Assembly (NCBI GenBank): GCA_030141605.1
Contig: JAQGDQ010000975.1
Location: forward strand, 1-64,000
DNA: 64,000 nucleotides
Reading direction: 5' to 3'
DNA from: Tubiluchus corallicola
Lineage: Eukaryota; Animalia; Priapulida
The notes beneath the pieces are model-generated. The model was not told where the DNA came from. It saw only the letters and a program-made list of their open reading frames with translations, and did not search any database. The translations under genes and the position numbers were made by a program. Numbering within the stretch: the stretch's first letter is position 1; each line of letters starts with the position of its first letter. Shown piece by piece: positions 22,860 to 57,307 of the stretch.

Positions 22860-25800
22860 TATTATGTTATTTTACGAGATACAGTTTTGCCAATTTGTGT
22901 AATTGCTAGATTGTCCAGTTTAATTAATTGTACACCTTCATTAATTTTGGCATGTAAGTTTGAAATGTTAGCTTAAACCAATGCTTTTGAATTTGCGAAA
23001 ATCTACTGTTAAAAATTGCATACGGTACTTCAATAGTAAGATTAGGAAGTCAAAAACATTCTACTCACACATCTCTCATATAAAGATTAGCTTCTGTTTT
23101 TACACAGTGCATTGCAAAAATTTATTAATGTTTTTTAAGTCATCTCCTGACTGCAAAAAATTGATACATCACAACGGTTGTCAGTGACTTTCAGTCCAAC
23201 AGACATCTCTGTGTTTCTGCACTGTGTGTGATTGTTGCCTTTCAAAATGTGGAGTGCTTCTGTATACTAGTGTTAGTGGGCTGATAGCATTTTTTAATGC
23301 ATTGTTAAACGATTTTCTGGTATTTTTAATGAATGTAAATAATGCAAATGGTGATATGTTTTTTTCAAACAAATAATAACCTGTTTCTGATCCACGTACA
23401 TTTACCTTAAATCCTGATCCAAAATTCGTTTATTATTATCTTGTTATTTCTATTTTGGAAAAAATCAAGTTTTACCTTTTTAACCTTCTGGCGTGTTGTT
23501 ACTTAAACGCAGCCATTATTTTAAGGCTGTTGTGATCCTTTGGCAGTATATTTCGTTTAATAATCAATTGCTTTTTAGTATTTTGTGGTGACGATAAATT
23601 AGTTCACACCAGTTTGTAGTTTACTACAACCTCCTACTGCATTTTCTTTACAGCCTCCTGTAAATTACATTCGTTGCAACCATTTCTGTGACTGTAGTCA
23701 GTTGTGATGTGTCTTCCAAGTCATACATGTGTGATTATCTAATTATAAATAAGATGTTATTTGTAAGATGTATTTCTCTTTGTTTATGTATATAAAAGCA
23801 ATTGTAAAACTTCATGTTTTACACGTGTCATAGTCAGATTTTTTGGTTGAGGTCCATGTGTTTAATAAAGCACTATTTTTGGCGATATATCTATTTACCA
23901 TGTGATGTTATACTTTGAGTCTTTTCATATTCCCATATACGTGTGCTTTTTTCTACATTTGCCTGGGTCCACGTCTTTGAAGGTTACCGACCGGGCAAGC
24001 ATAAATGTAATTCTTTTTTCAATGTAGAAAATAAACATATACTGCAGCTTATTTTGCATAGTATTTTTTATTGTTAGAAGTGCACAGCCATGAAAACAGT
24101 CCTGTCTTAACTGACGAGATGTGGCACTGATTTAACTCTTTGTGCTAGGACATAGTTGCCTAGTATGTTGCCAACTTGGGCTATGGAGCATGTCTCACGT
24201 TCCGGTGCCCCGTGTTAATGGCGATTCAACCGTGCTTTGCTGACATAGAGTTAGTTTTAGACTAAACCTGCTTCCACCGGTTCCATTATATTTTAAATCA
24301 TCTTTGTTAATTAATAGATCTTGTTAATTTAAGCAATTTATTTTAGGTTTGGATTATTCACTTTCTACAACACGATTTGGGACCCTACCCAAGCATAATA
24401 CATGATGCATATTTACACCAAAAGTTTATGTGTACATAAGTTAAAGTCTTGTTAGTTCACCAGAACATCTAAAAGTGTTCTTGTTAGTATGGACCTAGTT
24501 AAAAAAATAAATGTTTTTCATGGCTGTAAAGCTGCTTGTTTGGGGCAAGAAACTTGGTAGTAGCACCAGAATACTTTGTAGTCTTTATTACGTTCTTGAG
24601 AAGCATTTCCACAAGGAAAGTCTCCAGCAGAACATTTTGTGCTTGACCGAAAAATAATTATTTCTATAATTTTGTCAATTATGCACAAATGTTCATTAGT
24701 TTAGATTTACCATTCTTTGCTTGTTACAAAGTAAGGGGTCTAGGGTACAGCTATATTAAACCGCCTGGATACAACTAATGGCATGTGGCAGAGTAAATAG
24801 CGATGAAACAGCACTGCATATAATCCGCTTGTAATTTTATGAGCAAAAACTTATCTAAATTGATTTTGAAACTTCCCACACCTTCCCTTAGTTGCATTAT
24901 TCATTTGAAAGAACTTCCCCGTGGCCAAGTTCCAATGGCTTCACCATTCCTGACAATTAGATCAAAATATTTTGATCGTGTGTCTTATTAACGGTAAACC
25001 GGGGCCTATCTTAAACTATAACTCAAAACAATATACCCTGTAAAATATTGAAAGGAACGTACTATTTTTTCCAAAAATATATGAAAGAAAACCTATGTGA
25101 AAGAATTATTACCACAGCAACGTAATTTCGCATTTGCGCCGCTAGTTCTCTATGGTTACATGCATTTCGTCGTTCGTTAGTTAGACGGGCACTACCGCCT
25201 AGATCTCGAAAACGCGCTGCACAAAAATGGGGTTCTGTACCTCTTAGCTCAAAGGCGTTAAGTTGTGACGTAGTACATACTTTTCCAACGGAACTTGTTT
25301 TCTTTAATTTAAGACAAATTGCAAAAGTGCGTGAAATCGATCTTGTAACAATTGCATAATTCTTTTTAGTTGTTGATGTATATTATTTATTGTTACGGGG
25401 GAGAAATGTCATTTATTTTCGACCCCTCCCCCACCAAAGCCTCTAAAATCTTGAAATCTCGCCTACACTGCGGTACACTTGTCCGATCGAAGCTATTGCT
25501 TTTCAGGGCCCGGTTTCACAAAGCCATCACTAAACGCCCGCTGTGACTAAAGCCGTTCAGTGATGGCTCAGTGACGTTGTCACTATTGAGAGCATTTTGC
25601 TGTTTCACAAAACAATGTCGTCAGAGCGTCACTAATTAGTGACTAAATAAACTGCTACAGGAAGTGCATACTGCACATGCGCGTGCGTCATAAAACCATA
25701 TACAGTGTATAAGTAGCTACATTGAGCCTTACCAAACTGGGAATATGATTTCTGGGCATTGTCATTAAAACTTACTTCGCGCTTGCGTACATAAAAGCTA

Positions 25801-26698
25801 ATAGTCTGCATTACAGTACAGTAATTTCTGATGCACTACAATCGCATTTGTTCATTAAATAATTTTTTAAAATAATTTGAGTTTAGCGCATTTATTTTCC
25901 CTGTATTAGTGCATTTATTTTGTAACTTACAAACATAATGCCAGGATGATTTGTTGCATAAATCATAATAAGTGGGGCAAATTTATCGAGTCTATAAGAT
26001 TCTTAGTTTATACTGTCTGCTTAACTAAGTTTAGCATATGTTAACATGGCTCTATTCCCGTCACGTAGCCTTAATACATTAACTTAAATTTATATTACAG
26101 TCACTCTTCCGGTGCTTCTTGTTTGCAAGTAACTGTAAACTATAGATGAATTGCAGCCAATAACATAATAATAAGGAAAATGAATATCTTGGCATACTGG
26201 CTTTGTCTTTATAATTTAAAACCACGAATTTTCGAGCCTGCGGGTCGTCTGGTTTTAAAATTGTAAATTGTTATCATACCTTTTTCTAAGTCAAATAGTA
26301 CAAATAAATTATCGTGATATTTTTAATTGCGAGTTTTTATAATTAATCTAATTTTACCTTAAATTATTCTAACTTTCGCTGACAAATAAAAAAATCAAAC
26401 ATCTCCTGCTGCAGTTATTTACAGCAGTATAAGTGGTGTTGCTCTGCGCACGACTTACAATATTTCTTTTTATTGTATTACCTCAGGTTAAATCTGTGCC
26501 TCTATAAAAATTAACCTATATGCTGTCATATTTCATTAACAAGTAAACAACAATGTCGTATTTTTGACAATGGCCCCTACCAAATAGGCCAAGTTTTCAC
26601 AAAATAATACTATTAGGCGCCCAGCTCCTGCCCCATGTTAGGCAACAATGTAATGTAATCTAAACGAAGCAAAGGCCATTCTGTCTGCATTTGTAAAA

Positions 26699-26855
26699 AT
26701 GCTTCCGCCCAGGTAGATAAAAAATAAGCGGCAAAGATTTAGCGCTAAAGAGTTAGAAATATTAGTTGCTGAAGTTGAAAGTGTATATTGTTTAACAAAC
26801 TCAGCACAACGTGCAGCAATGAGAGAAAGAAAAAAGAATGGAATACCATAGTATC
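26699..26855 (+). pseudogene. Harbinger Myb/SANT-like DNA-binding ORF fragment
   Basis: KNKRQRFSAKELEILVAEVE...RKKEWNTI resembles the Myb/SANT (MSANTD/NAIF1-type) N-terminus. Confidence 0.7.
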
Positions 26856-26929
26856 ACCGGTAATTAAAGCAACATTTCTGATATTTATACGTCCAGTCAC
26901 TGTGACTTGCATGAGTTTTGTACATTAGT

Positions 26930-27340
26930 AAGCGTGCTACACGTGTGTGTGAGTCAATTTTTCCAAGTACATTTGGAAAGTTTGCCAAAACGTGAAATTT
27001 TTCCTTGGTTTCGTGCACCATGTCTCTCTGTCGTGGTATCTGAATGTAATGCTCTTTTATATCCATTAATGCTGTGCCTGCAACCCTTTGAAAACTGAAG
27101 AGCCACGCCTAACTGAATAATGGGGGATAGTGTGAAGGATCGTGACGTAGACCTTCTCAAATGATCCGCCAGTTGTTGCAGCAAGTTAAAAATTATTGGG
27201 CTTGAGAAACGATATCTTGCAATTGTCGTGCCGTGTCATCAAATACAAGAGGATCTTGCCTGTCTCTTAATAAACGATTTATTTTTCGATTTTGAGCTCT
27301 GTTTTTTTCAATTAATAAAAAGTTAGCAATGTTCTGCCAA
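26930..27340 (-). pseudogene. Harbinger (HARBI1-like) DDE transposase N-terminal fragment
   Basis: RDRQDPL...RYRF...LADHLRRSTSRSFTLSPIIQLGVALQF, then frameshift to ...FHVLANFPNVLGKIDS (compare the family motif FPNVIGAIDCTH). Confidence 0.85.
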
Positions 27341-30307
27341 TCATGGACGATGTAGAATTTTATATTTAGGCTTCAGTGAATAAGTAATCGGTAATTAATT
27401 TAAGCCTGACCGAAAAATAAATAGCAAACAATTCTAAAAAACCAATGCTATATATGTTCTATAATGTTCTGGGGCAATGAAGCTAAGTGAATTAAATTTA
27501 TATGACGGAAACCCTCATGTTCAGAGCACTATGGTAGTACATATTATACGGCTTCAAATATAATGATCATGTTAGTGATTGCTTAACGATTGACTATTTT
27601 TGTCACTAAATAGTGACGGCCTTAAAATTGTAACGGCTTTGTGAAACGCAAACGGTAACGAGCTCGCTAAAATCGTCACTAAATTGATAATAACGACGTT
27701 GTTAACTTAGTGACGACTTTGTGAAACCGGCCCCAGGTATAAAGTGGTCTATAGATATCGCATCACGTCAATCAACCAGCAGGGCTCCGCCTTGCAATGG
27801 CCAATTAGACCCGCTGTTTTTGGCTTTAGCAGCTTTTCGATTGCTGACGCCAGGACTTACTCCCAAGCTCACCGGTATTTGCATATGAAGCCCATAATAA
27901 TATAGGTAACGTGTATGTTCATGATTGTTTTTACTTATTAAAATCTTTAAATAGCATTGAAAGAGAGTACAGAACGATGAGGCGTTGTGCTTTGCGCGCA
28001 TGTCATGTTGGATGTTTGGTACCAAGAAAGGATAGAAGTGCAAGTTGTTAGTTTTCCCAATCACAAATCTCACATACTACTAATATTTCAAAAACATAAA
28101 TTACTGAAGCAAAGAAATAATAAATATAATAAAAGATGCATTATTCACAACCTGTTGTCTTTCTGCTTTTTTAAATCTTGGAAGGCCAATTTCACGGTGA
28201 TGACGTGCTGCCCACACCCCAGGGAGAGATTCCTTGCGGCTAAGTAGTTGTAGCTGTAGCTGGACGCGCAAGAAAAAAAACGCGCGATTTCACTGTAAAA
28301 TGGACTTCCTTGCTGCATGGCATTTCAAGAAAAAATTGCAAACTTTCTAAATATTTTCAGATTTTTCGCCAGCAGTTACACGCGTCATTTCTTTTGCGTT
28401 CTCACTGTGAAATGGGTTTAAGTTTCTGGTGTTTTACGAGGGAATTCTTTTCAGATCTGACCCTGTAGTGACGCACTGCTACTGTCACAGAGGGCAGCAA
28501 CTGTGACATGATGACAATGACGGCGACAGAAATCACTAAGGACGTTCGGCCTAGTAGTAACAAAGATACACTCAGATGGCTGTTGAATGGAAAAGGCTCG
28601 TTTCTGCGTGCTATGAATTTAGAACATTTTAAAACGATAAAGATAAATTGTTGCAAAAGATAGCAAGCAAACAAACAAACAAGCAAAAACAGTAAGCTGC
28701 AAAACGCTTATAAACTGCATAATACTGTGTTAAACCTTAAGGAACGATAGCTTTCAATGTCGAAAAGCTATTGTAAATGTCTTAATCGCATGAATGGCTG
28801 ATGGAGTTCAAGGTTTAGTAATGTATTTTTGGTCATACGATGCTTGACCTTTTTATTTACTTTTGTTAATGCAAGTTTGGGACCACCGTTACCGTGTATT
28901 TCTTCCTGTTTTAGAGCATGAATTTGAGCCAGAAATCTTTCGATCATAACTCCGGCGCTCTAAACTAAGTTCATGTGTACGGCTTGTGCGTTGCTGGTTT
29001 GCTTTCCAAAGGTCTCTGGTTCAAATCCAAGCATTGTCAAGACTTGCATTTACTTTCGGACATGTTTATTTGTGTGTTCTTTCCATCTTTGATAAATAAT
29101 CTTGATATTAAGACGTATGAATAGTTAAATAGCATTGACATTACACAAAATTTACATTTATACATTTTGACAGATAGTTTTTGGCAAATGGGATATGTTA
29201 ACTATACTGCATAGTGTATACTTTTGTCCCCTTGTTTAATTATCAAAAATCTTTTGAAATCAGGCACCGATCAGACGCAGGGCAGACAGATAGCCCAAGA
29301 TAAGGTCATAATATTAATCGCTCATTACGATTCCATTATAAAACACTTACATCTCATAAAAAACAGTTTAATGCAATTATTTCTACTCAATTTTCAAATA
29401 AGTTTTTAGCTGTGAGCTGTGAGATACTCTTATTATGGGCTGTCAACCAAACCATTATAATTCATACCATGAAAGCATATGGAACTGTGTGACAGGTAGC
29501 CATAAAGACAATAATAACGCCACTCTCATCCCGTCATTCGAACCTGACTCATATTGAAATAGATCGTTTTACATGCACTCGCTTCCTGCCAGACCCTCCA
29601 TTAACATCATCCTTCGCGGTTGCGTACCTATAGGCAAATTGGCTAAACTAGCTATTAAAGTTAATGGCCGGCGTATTTTGACTATTTGTTGCAAAACAAC
29701 TCGAGCTATTTAGTCGTTGATATTTCCACGGTCGCCCATTTCCAGTCCTAATCTGCGGAACTGTCAAATTGTAGCCCTTGCCTAAAAGCGTATCATTAGT
29801 AAAATACTGGAAAATGCCATTTGTTGGGTATAGATAGCTAGGGAGTTATGGACGAAAGCTGCAGTCAATGGTGCACGAAGTGTGACATGATGATGATGAT
29901 AGTTATGATGAATATGATAACAATATCAGCATCCTCATTTCCTTTCTCTGACACATGCGTGGAGCTCACGCATTTTGATGAACCCCCAACTCTCTCTTCG
30001 ACGAAAAGATGTCTGAAGATGCGAACAGACGTCGATTCAAAAGATTTTTAGTTGCTCCTCGGTTGGTTAAAATGTTCATGTAATTAGCTACAAGCGTTGA
30101 AAGCCAATTTGCCAGAACACTGCAAAAAAAACTAAAAAGTAAACACAAACAACGAATAAACAGACTCATCAGTGAGGCCACAAGCAACTACCTATCAACA
30201 CCCAATCTGTTTCGTATAAGCGACCATTCACGCGATGATTTGTAGTTAAAATCTTGAGCCGGCGAATGTTTAAGAAACTGAAGAGTTGATGGTAAAGTGT
30301 TAAAACG

Positions 30308-30563
30308 ATGACGCAGTGCACGAAAAGACACGAAGTGGTGACGAATACGTCGACGAAATTCACCATTGACAACATCTTGTCGAAGCCCGCGGATTGTGTC
30401 AAAGACTGTCAGGGTTACAGTTTCCTATCGGTTCCATGTATCTACCAGCCGGGTAGAGAAAAGCCGGACATGAGCCAAACAAGCAGGAATAGTCAAGAAG
30501 CTGTAGCTGTCGGTGCATCGTCGTCAGTGTTTCCTGTGACGTCACGTGTGACAGAGACTTCAG
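30308..30563 (+). CDS. Nedx: Nedx exon 1 (eh1 motif)
   Basis: MTQCTKRHEVVTNTSTKFTIDNILSKP..., donor CAG|GTAAGA, phase 1. Confidence 0.82.
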
Positions 30564-33500
30564 GTAAGATCGCATTAAATTTACATTATACGTCCATTAA
30601 ACGTGCATGTAAACGCAAAATGCCACAATAACTAGGTTAATGCTGATAAAATGTTGCTAAATAATTACAAAATTAGATTTTCAGATATTAGCTGTGATAG
30701 GCCAGAATTAAACTGCTCAGTTTTCTGCGTTTTTAGCACTTTTTGAGACCAATTTTAGCAGCACAAAAGGTGACATGGGATTCATAGTTCTTATTAAACG
30801 AAGACATACCTGTTTCTATTGACACTAAGAAACTTTATAAAAGCATCATCCACAACAGTCGAAAGGGCAACTGTCATTGTATAAGGACGTGGAATAGATC
30901 TAAACTGAAGGCTTGGGGCCTATAAATAGATACTCATTAATATGTTTGCAAGCGGATTTGTTCTGTTTCATATTACAATTTACAATAATGTAAATCTCTT
31001 AGCATATACAGCAGTTACTATTTCCGTATACTAGAGGGCACCTAAGCCTTTTATATTTGCTATTAAAAGTACATTTACAATTCTCTTTTATTGTATACTC
31101 GTTAAACTATCTTAGAATAACCTTTGTAGCTTTATGATGCTTGTGTCTTAAATTACCATACCTGGTGCAATAAATATTCTCTGAATTAAGTGGCGTTTAC
31201 CTGGCATCCGGAATGCGTATGCGTTGGGAGTGCGGAATAGATAAAAGTAAAATTGGTTTATATTGTTTTCAATGCAATCGTTTATCAGACCTGCGTTATG
31301 CGTTATTTTCTTCTGCAGTTATTTCCGATTGATTTTTACTCCGCAAGTGGATAACGCATAACGCATTCGGATGCTAGTATGCCACTTTATAATGTAAACT
31401 CGATGTTTGTCGGTAACGCACTCTCACGAGCTGCTCAGAAAAGAAAAGGTCTTGTGTTCGAATGCCACCTGAACGGGGAAAATTTTTTAGATTTTCTAAA
31501 TTAGTGTTATTTTCGTGCATTTATCCGTGGTGATTTTATCAAAAATTTAATTTTGTTGCTTGTCATATAGGTAGCAAGTCAGAGCATTCTATTGAAGACA
31601 GGAAGAAGAGGCCACGAACTGCATTTAGTACCGTGCAAGTGAAGGCATTGGAGGCTGAGTTTGAGAAAAACAAGTACCTCTCCGTCTCTAAACGACTAGA
31701 ACTTTCCAAACTATTAAAACTTACAGAAACACAGGTAGGAGCTACGTGAAACTACAACTTAAACTAAAGATATCGCAAAGTTCGTCCCTATAGCTGGCAT
31801 AGTTAATCTATATAGTTACTGTGAGCGATCTAACCCGAGATCTATTGGAAATGCTGAATTTGTTGACTATAAGAGATGATCACCGGGGGATTTACAAAAC
31901 TTGTGCAATCATTAATTAGTTTACATAAACTACCGTAGTAAGCGTCTACATTAGACAGTTATACAAATACTGACAAATACTGTCTACATCCATAGAATTA
32001 GCAAAAACAGAGATGGAAATGGCTCAGCAACGGCACACCTGCCAACTTTCATGTGTTAAGCTTGTGTCACACTCGTTTTAAGTCTCTCACATGCGCGCAT
32101 CAAATTTCAGTTCTTACATCCCATAGCTTCGCGAACAAGTTTGCATATCACCTGGCTTCTTTTGCCAAAAGCGCCGACTACAACATAATTAGTAATAGTA
32201 TCCTCAATAAGACAGTAGCGTTCACGAGTCTTACAATGCATATTACACTAAAGGGTATTAAGCACGTTTGGCAGCTATTGAGCCTTTCTTCATACTTTTG
32301 GCAGCTATTGAGCCTTTCTTCATACTTTTGGCAGCTATTGAGCCTTTCTTCATACTTTTGGCAGCTATTGAGCCTTTCTTCATACTTTTGGCAGCTATTT
32401 AGCCTTTCTTCATACTTTTGGCAGCTATTGAGCCTTTCTTCATACTTTTGGCAGCTATTTAGCCTTTCTTCATACTTTTGGCAGCTATTTAGCCTTTCTT
32501 CATACTTTTGGCAGCTATTTAGCCTTTCTTCATACTTTTGGCAGCTATTGAGCCTTTCTTCATACTTTTGGCAGCTATTTAGCCTTTCTTCATACTTTTG
32601 GCAGCTATTTAGCCTTTCTTCATACTTTTGGCAGCTATTGAGCCTTTCTTCATACTTTTGGCAGCTATTGAGCCTTTCTTCATACTTTTGGCAGCTATTG
32701 AGCCTTTCTTCATACTTTTGGCAGCTATTGAGCTTTTCTTCATGTGTATAAAAGAACATATTTATCTATAAAACATAGCGAACTGCAATATCAGCACAGA
32801 AACCTCAGTAGTACAACCAATTTACCTTAATTTTGATAATTTGATTTTGATACCAAAAAGCAAAAAAAATTTCGATATAATTCCCCCTTGGACTTACGAG
32901 ATTATACCGGAGCTTTCTATGCGTCACACGTATTGTTACATTAAGTGGTTGGGAGGTCTGCAAGTGTAACCCATCATTCACTTGACAGATAGATGCTGCG
33001 ACCCAAATCCAACATGATCCACGCCTGTGACCCGCTAGTACTAAAGTGACCGGTGTCCCAAGAGAGATGGCCCATACTGACCTAGTCTTAATTGCCTTAT
33101 TTGAATATTAAGGTGTCAAACTGGAAAAGCAGAGTTCATTTTTACAATTACGGCGGTGATAAAGCTGGAAAAAATATTTAAAATAGGATAGAAACCACGG
33201 ATAAAGATTAAAACGCTATTGCATATAGAGTGGTGTCAAGATTTTATAATTTTCACTTAAAAACCATCAGCTCAAAAACGTTTTGCTTTTTAGCAAGTAT
33301 AATTCTGTAATTTTTACCCGAGTTACTTGAATCTGGCTTGAAATCCGCAGCCATGTTACCCACCAGAAAACTGCGACCAAAATCATCCACAAGCTATGCC
33401 CCGCGCACCGTCACATTTCCAGCTCTCGCTGAAATCTACTGGTATAAGAAGTTGTACATTAAGTTGTTTCTATCTGAGATATTTCTGGGTCAGTGAATAG

Positions 33501-34179
33501 AGTAAGGAAGTGCTCAAAAAGGCTAGCATCAGCATTTTGTTGATTAAATAGTCAGACGATCCAATTTGTAATTCAACCATTTCATAACAGCCACTGCCTC
33601 TCAAAGGCTTTAATATAGGGTTTTTCCTGTTAGCCAGTCAGTATTTAAGTTATTACGTTTGCATTTACTACTAATGCATATGTGACTTTAATGTTTTCTT
33701 CAAATAAAAATATTGTTTAAACTAAGACAACCACACTTGGAAAATAGGTTTGTGTCCAGGACATTATTAATCTTCTTTTTTCCCTTAAAATTTATGTGTA
33801 AGCCATTCATTGCTGCTAGATCACAAAAGACATGGCGTAATAATTAGCTAAAATGTGTGAATTATGGTATCTATAGATCAAGATTTGGTTTCAAAACAGA
33901 CGAACAAAATGGAAGCGGAAGTACACCAACAACCTAGAGTTGATGGCACATCAGTTCTGCTTTCCTTTTGACGCATCGCCTCACCCGAGTTACACATCCT
34001 CTAGATGTTGGTCTGCCAGTAATGGATTCATACCAATGTCGACTGATATGAGATATTACTACTGGCTTTTGCAGCACAGAGACGTTCTCTCCAGAACAGC
34101 TTCAGAAATCCGGGCAACGAACGTGGCTAAAACGGAAAACCATAGACCTAGAACAATTAATAGATCGATGACGCCATAA
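30308..34179 (+). CDS. Nedx: Nedx/lms-family NK-like homeobox protein, 3 exons, about 240 aa
   Basis: Exons 30308-30563, 31571-31734, 33877-34179. eh1 motif FTIDNIL. Homeodomain KKRPRTAFSTVQVKALEAEFEKNKYLSVSKRLELSKLLKLTETQ|IKIWFQNRRTKWKR followed by KYTNNLE, as in Drosophila lms/CG13424. Adjacent to Dlx. Confidence 0.88.
31188..31387. mobile_element. Small MITE in Nedx intron 1
   Basis: AAGTGGC..GCATCCGGAATGCGTATGCGTT / AACGCATAACGCATTCGGATGCTAGTATGCCACTT inverted termini. Confidence 0.65.
31571..31734 (+). CDS. Nedx: Nedx exon 2 (homeodomain helices 1-2)
   Basis: SKSEHSIEDRKKRPRTAFS...LTETQ; not in the ORF track. Confidence 0.93.
32267..32743. repeat. 30-bp minisatellite, about 16 copies, in Nedx intron 2
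   Basis: Unit TTTTGGCAGCTATT(G/T)AGCCTTTCTTCATAC. Confidence 0.97.
33877..34179 (+). CDS. Nedx: Nedx exon 3 (helix 3 and C-terminus)
   Basis: IKIWFQNRRTKWKRKYTNNLELMAHQF..., then TAA. Confidence 0.92.
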   Translation: MKIWFQNRRTKWKRKYTNNLELMAHQFCFPFDASPHPSYTSSRCWSASNGFIPMSTDMRYYYWLLQHRDVLSRTASEIRATNVAKTENHRPRTINRSMTP

Positions 34180-35964
34180 GTTTACAATATGAGTCCCAGA
34201 TTTTGCTGGGCAAATGCAGCAAACATAGACCTAATGCTGACTGCCGTGAGATTTTATCACAAATATGCATCAATTCTGACGTGTTTTCCATGCCTTAAAA
34301 TGTTTAGTAGCAAAATTTTTCAGCGTGAATTGGCGCAACCTATTGCCATCTATCGTCGGGAAATGCAAATGCCAAATTAAACATGCGCAGTAACTCTCCA
34401 TAATTTTGCTTCTAATTGAACGTTTGCATTACTTCTAGTTTATAAACGAAAACTTCTAATAGTTGGGAAACTACAGCAATTTTGAATCGCGAAAATCATG
34501 GAGTTCGCAATCGTGCAAGAGATGTTACATGTCCCGGCTGACTGCCATCATGTTATGTGTTCATAGTAGTGACGTAGTAACAAAAATTACATAATATAAT
34601 ACTTGGAAGCGAAACCAATCTAAGCAAAGTGCTGCCAGCTTGTGACAGAAATCGACAACAAAAGTTCACAGCACAGCCACTGCCTCGTAAAGAAATTAGT
34701 AGGCATATTCTTGTTAGAACTTCGTAGAGCATTTATAAATTCACCCTAATAAAATTATTGATACTAAGTTTAATTTAGGATTCTCAGGCCTGAAGTAAGG
34801 CCCGTTATTATAGACAATCAAAGAAATCAATACTGTAATTGAAAGAAATAAAGCATATTCAATCTGTAGATAATGTAAGAAACAGATTAGAAATCCATAT
34901 TACGTATGAATAAGTTTTAACATTTCTCAGTTTAAGATCTTTAAGACATCTCAATTTAATTACACGTAATAACGTTCTGAAAATCATAATTTATTAGAAA
35001 AAGAAAACAAAATCTCAAATTGTTGTAAAATTAACTAATAAACTATTAGACCATTTTTGAAGCAACTGTGACACTTACAAGACAGCACCATCTAAGTTTG
35101 GAAATAGAAAATTTTGTAAAGACTGACAGCTTTTGAAAATAAATTATTTAGCACGAAAATGAATTGTCATTAAAGACGATTCTCAATGTGTTGCTGAATT
35201 ATTAATGTTCTCGTTGTCTTACTAGCAAACCACACGATATGTTTCTGGCACAGTGTCGATGCTACAACAATACCGACCACGAAAGCTTTAAGTTAAGAAC
35301 TGTAATATGTAAAGAAAGAACTTGACCAATTTTTTAATATCACGATACATTTATTGTACATCTTAGAAAAGAAGAAGTGTAACTGACAACAGTTAAACAT
35401 ATTGTCACATTCTAGATCCTTAATTTGCGACCATAGGAAATTTTAGTTGAATGAAAGAAAATTAAACTGGCAAATATACAAAAAGGAACGTTTCATTTAT
35501 TCACAATAATAACTATGTACATAATATATATAATAATAATTATAATAATAATAAATTTATTTCCAACAGATGAAATTATGTTCAAGACTTTGGTGTTGTC
35601 TCTCGTGACAAAATAACTTACAATAAATACTGTTAGGCCTAGTATAATACAAATAATAACATTCATTACAAGAACAGTAGTATACACAAAATTAACAGCT
35701 GCTTTTAGTGGTTGACAGTGTAGTATGAGTAAGTTCTAGGCCTATTACACCATGATTATGTAAAATTATATAATCACATGAGAAAACAGAGTTAGTTACA
35801 AAACACATTTAGGTTGAGATTGCCTGGAAAAAACAGCAACAAAAAAGAAAACTAATGAAGTTTACCATATTACCATATTACAATTAATCGTACAGTGAAG
35901 GCCAACAAAAATAAAAAGAGAAAGAACATGATGAGTGAAACAGGCGAAAAAAAAGAACCAGAGA

Positions 35965-36090
35965 AATAGAGAGGGGGGTGGAAAGAAAGAGAGAGAGAGA
36001 GAGAAAGAGAGAGAGACAGAAAGAGAGAGAGGGGAGAGAAAAAGAGAGAGACAAAAAGAGAGGAGGAGAGAGAAACGAAGAGGGGGAGTA
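35965..36090. repeat. GA-rich simple repeat
   Basis: Imperfect (GA)n purine tract. Confidence 0.8.
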
Positions 36091-36939
36091 GGAAAAGCAC
36101 TGACACCAAAATTGCTTTATTTTGTCTGCACACTGATCATATTCATTAAAATTGATGGATAGTATGGAGAAATGTGATAATCAGGTTACGAATCATTGTT
36201 ATGGAAGCTTTGCGTGGCAAACTGTGTTTAAAATTGCTATATAACAATACCTATTTTCTCCAAGAAGTAACAAAAAACAGCTGTAGAAAACATTCAGAAA
36301 AATGGATATTGCTAACATAGACACAATTTGCCATAAGCAACAAGTGATCTACATAAATAAAACAATTCACATTTTCGTTTTCCACGTATAGTAGGACAAA
36401 GATTACCATCACTTAGCCACTTACTGCATATTTTAAGACTTACTCTGACTTTACATTATTTAACTTACATTTGAATTTGAAGTCCAAGCATTTTAGACAT
36501 CAATGGGTACAAGCTTTACAACATCGTAGCTACATTATATTTACACATCTACAACATTTTTGAATAACATTTTAGGCTTACGTTTCATCTACAGTCAGGT
36601 TGTTTTCAGAAGTTCAAGAACAAGTAATTTTCAAATGAATTTTAAGAATAGTTTTCCTCATCACCAAACCGTTTCTCAAATAATTTTAGTTTTTTCACAG
36701 TAATGGAGCAGACCAACTTACAGTTATTTCAAATGTGATCTTAATAATTACCATTGTCATGCTTTGAAATGTTCGATTTCATTATAGGGTTTGCAATAAC
36801 CTACAAATAAGTGATGCTAATAATAAGTTTTTCATATCTTACTTGCTAACTTTCAATAAAACGGTGGTTACAATTAACACCACGTAAACTGATTAAATAA
36901 TTTACATTGCACGTACACCGGACAATTTCGCGCCCCCAA

Positions 36940-57307
<20,368 letters not shown>

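Larger units (their letters stand above)
25507..27733. mobile_element. Internally deleted PIF/Harbinger DNA transposon, CAG TSD
   Basis: TIRs GGCCCGGTTTCACAAAGCCATCACTAA / TTAGTGACGACTTTGTGAAACCGGCCC; CAG on both sides (25504-25506, 27734-27736); sub-terminal GTCACTA repeats; two convergent gene relics. Confidence 0.92.

Noticed and set aside
29848-30051. 67-aa ORF upstream of Nedx
   Set aside because: Low-complexity ATG repeats, no homology and no clear splice link; at most a uORF.
32053-32759. 232-aa and 193-aa repetitive ORFs; regular repeat superficially like a CRISPR array
   Set aside because: Products of a 30-bp intronic minisatellite; no unique spacers, and the context is eukaryotic.
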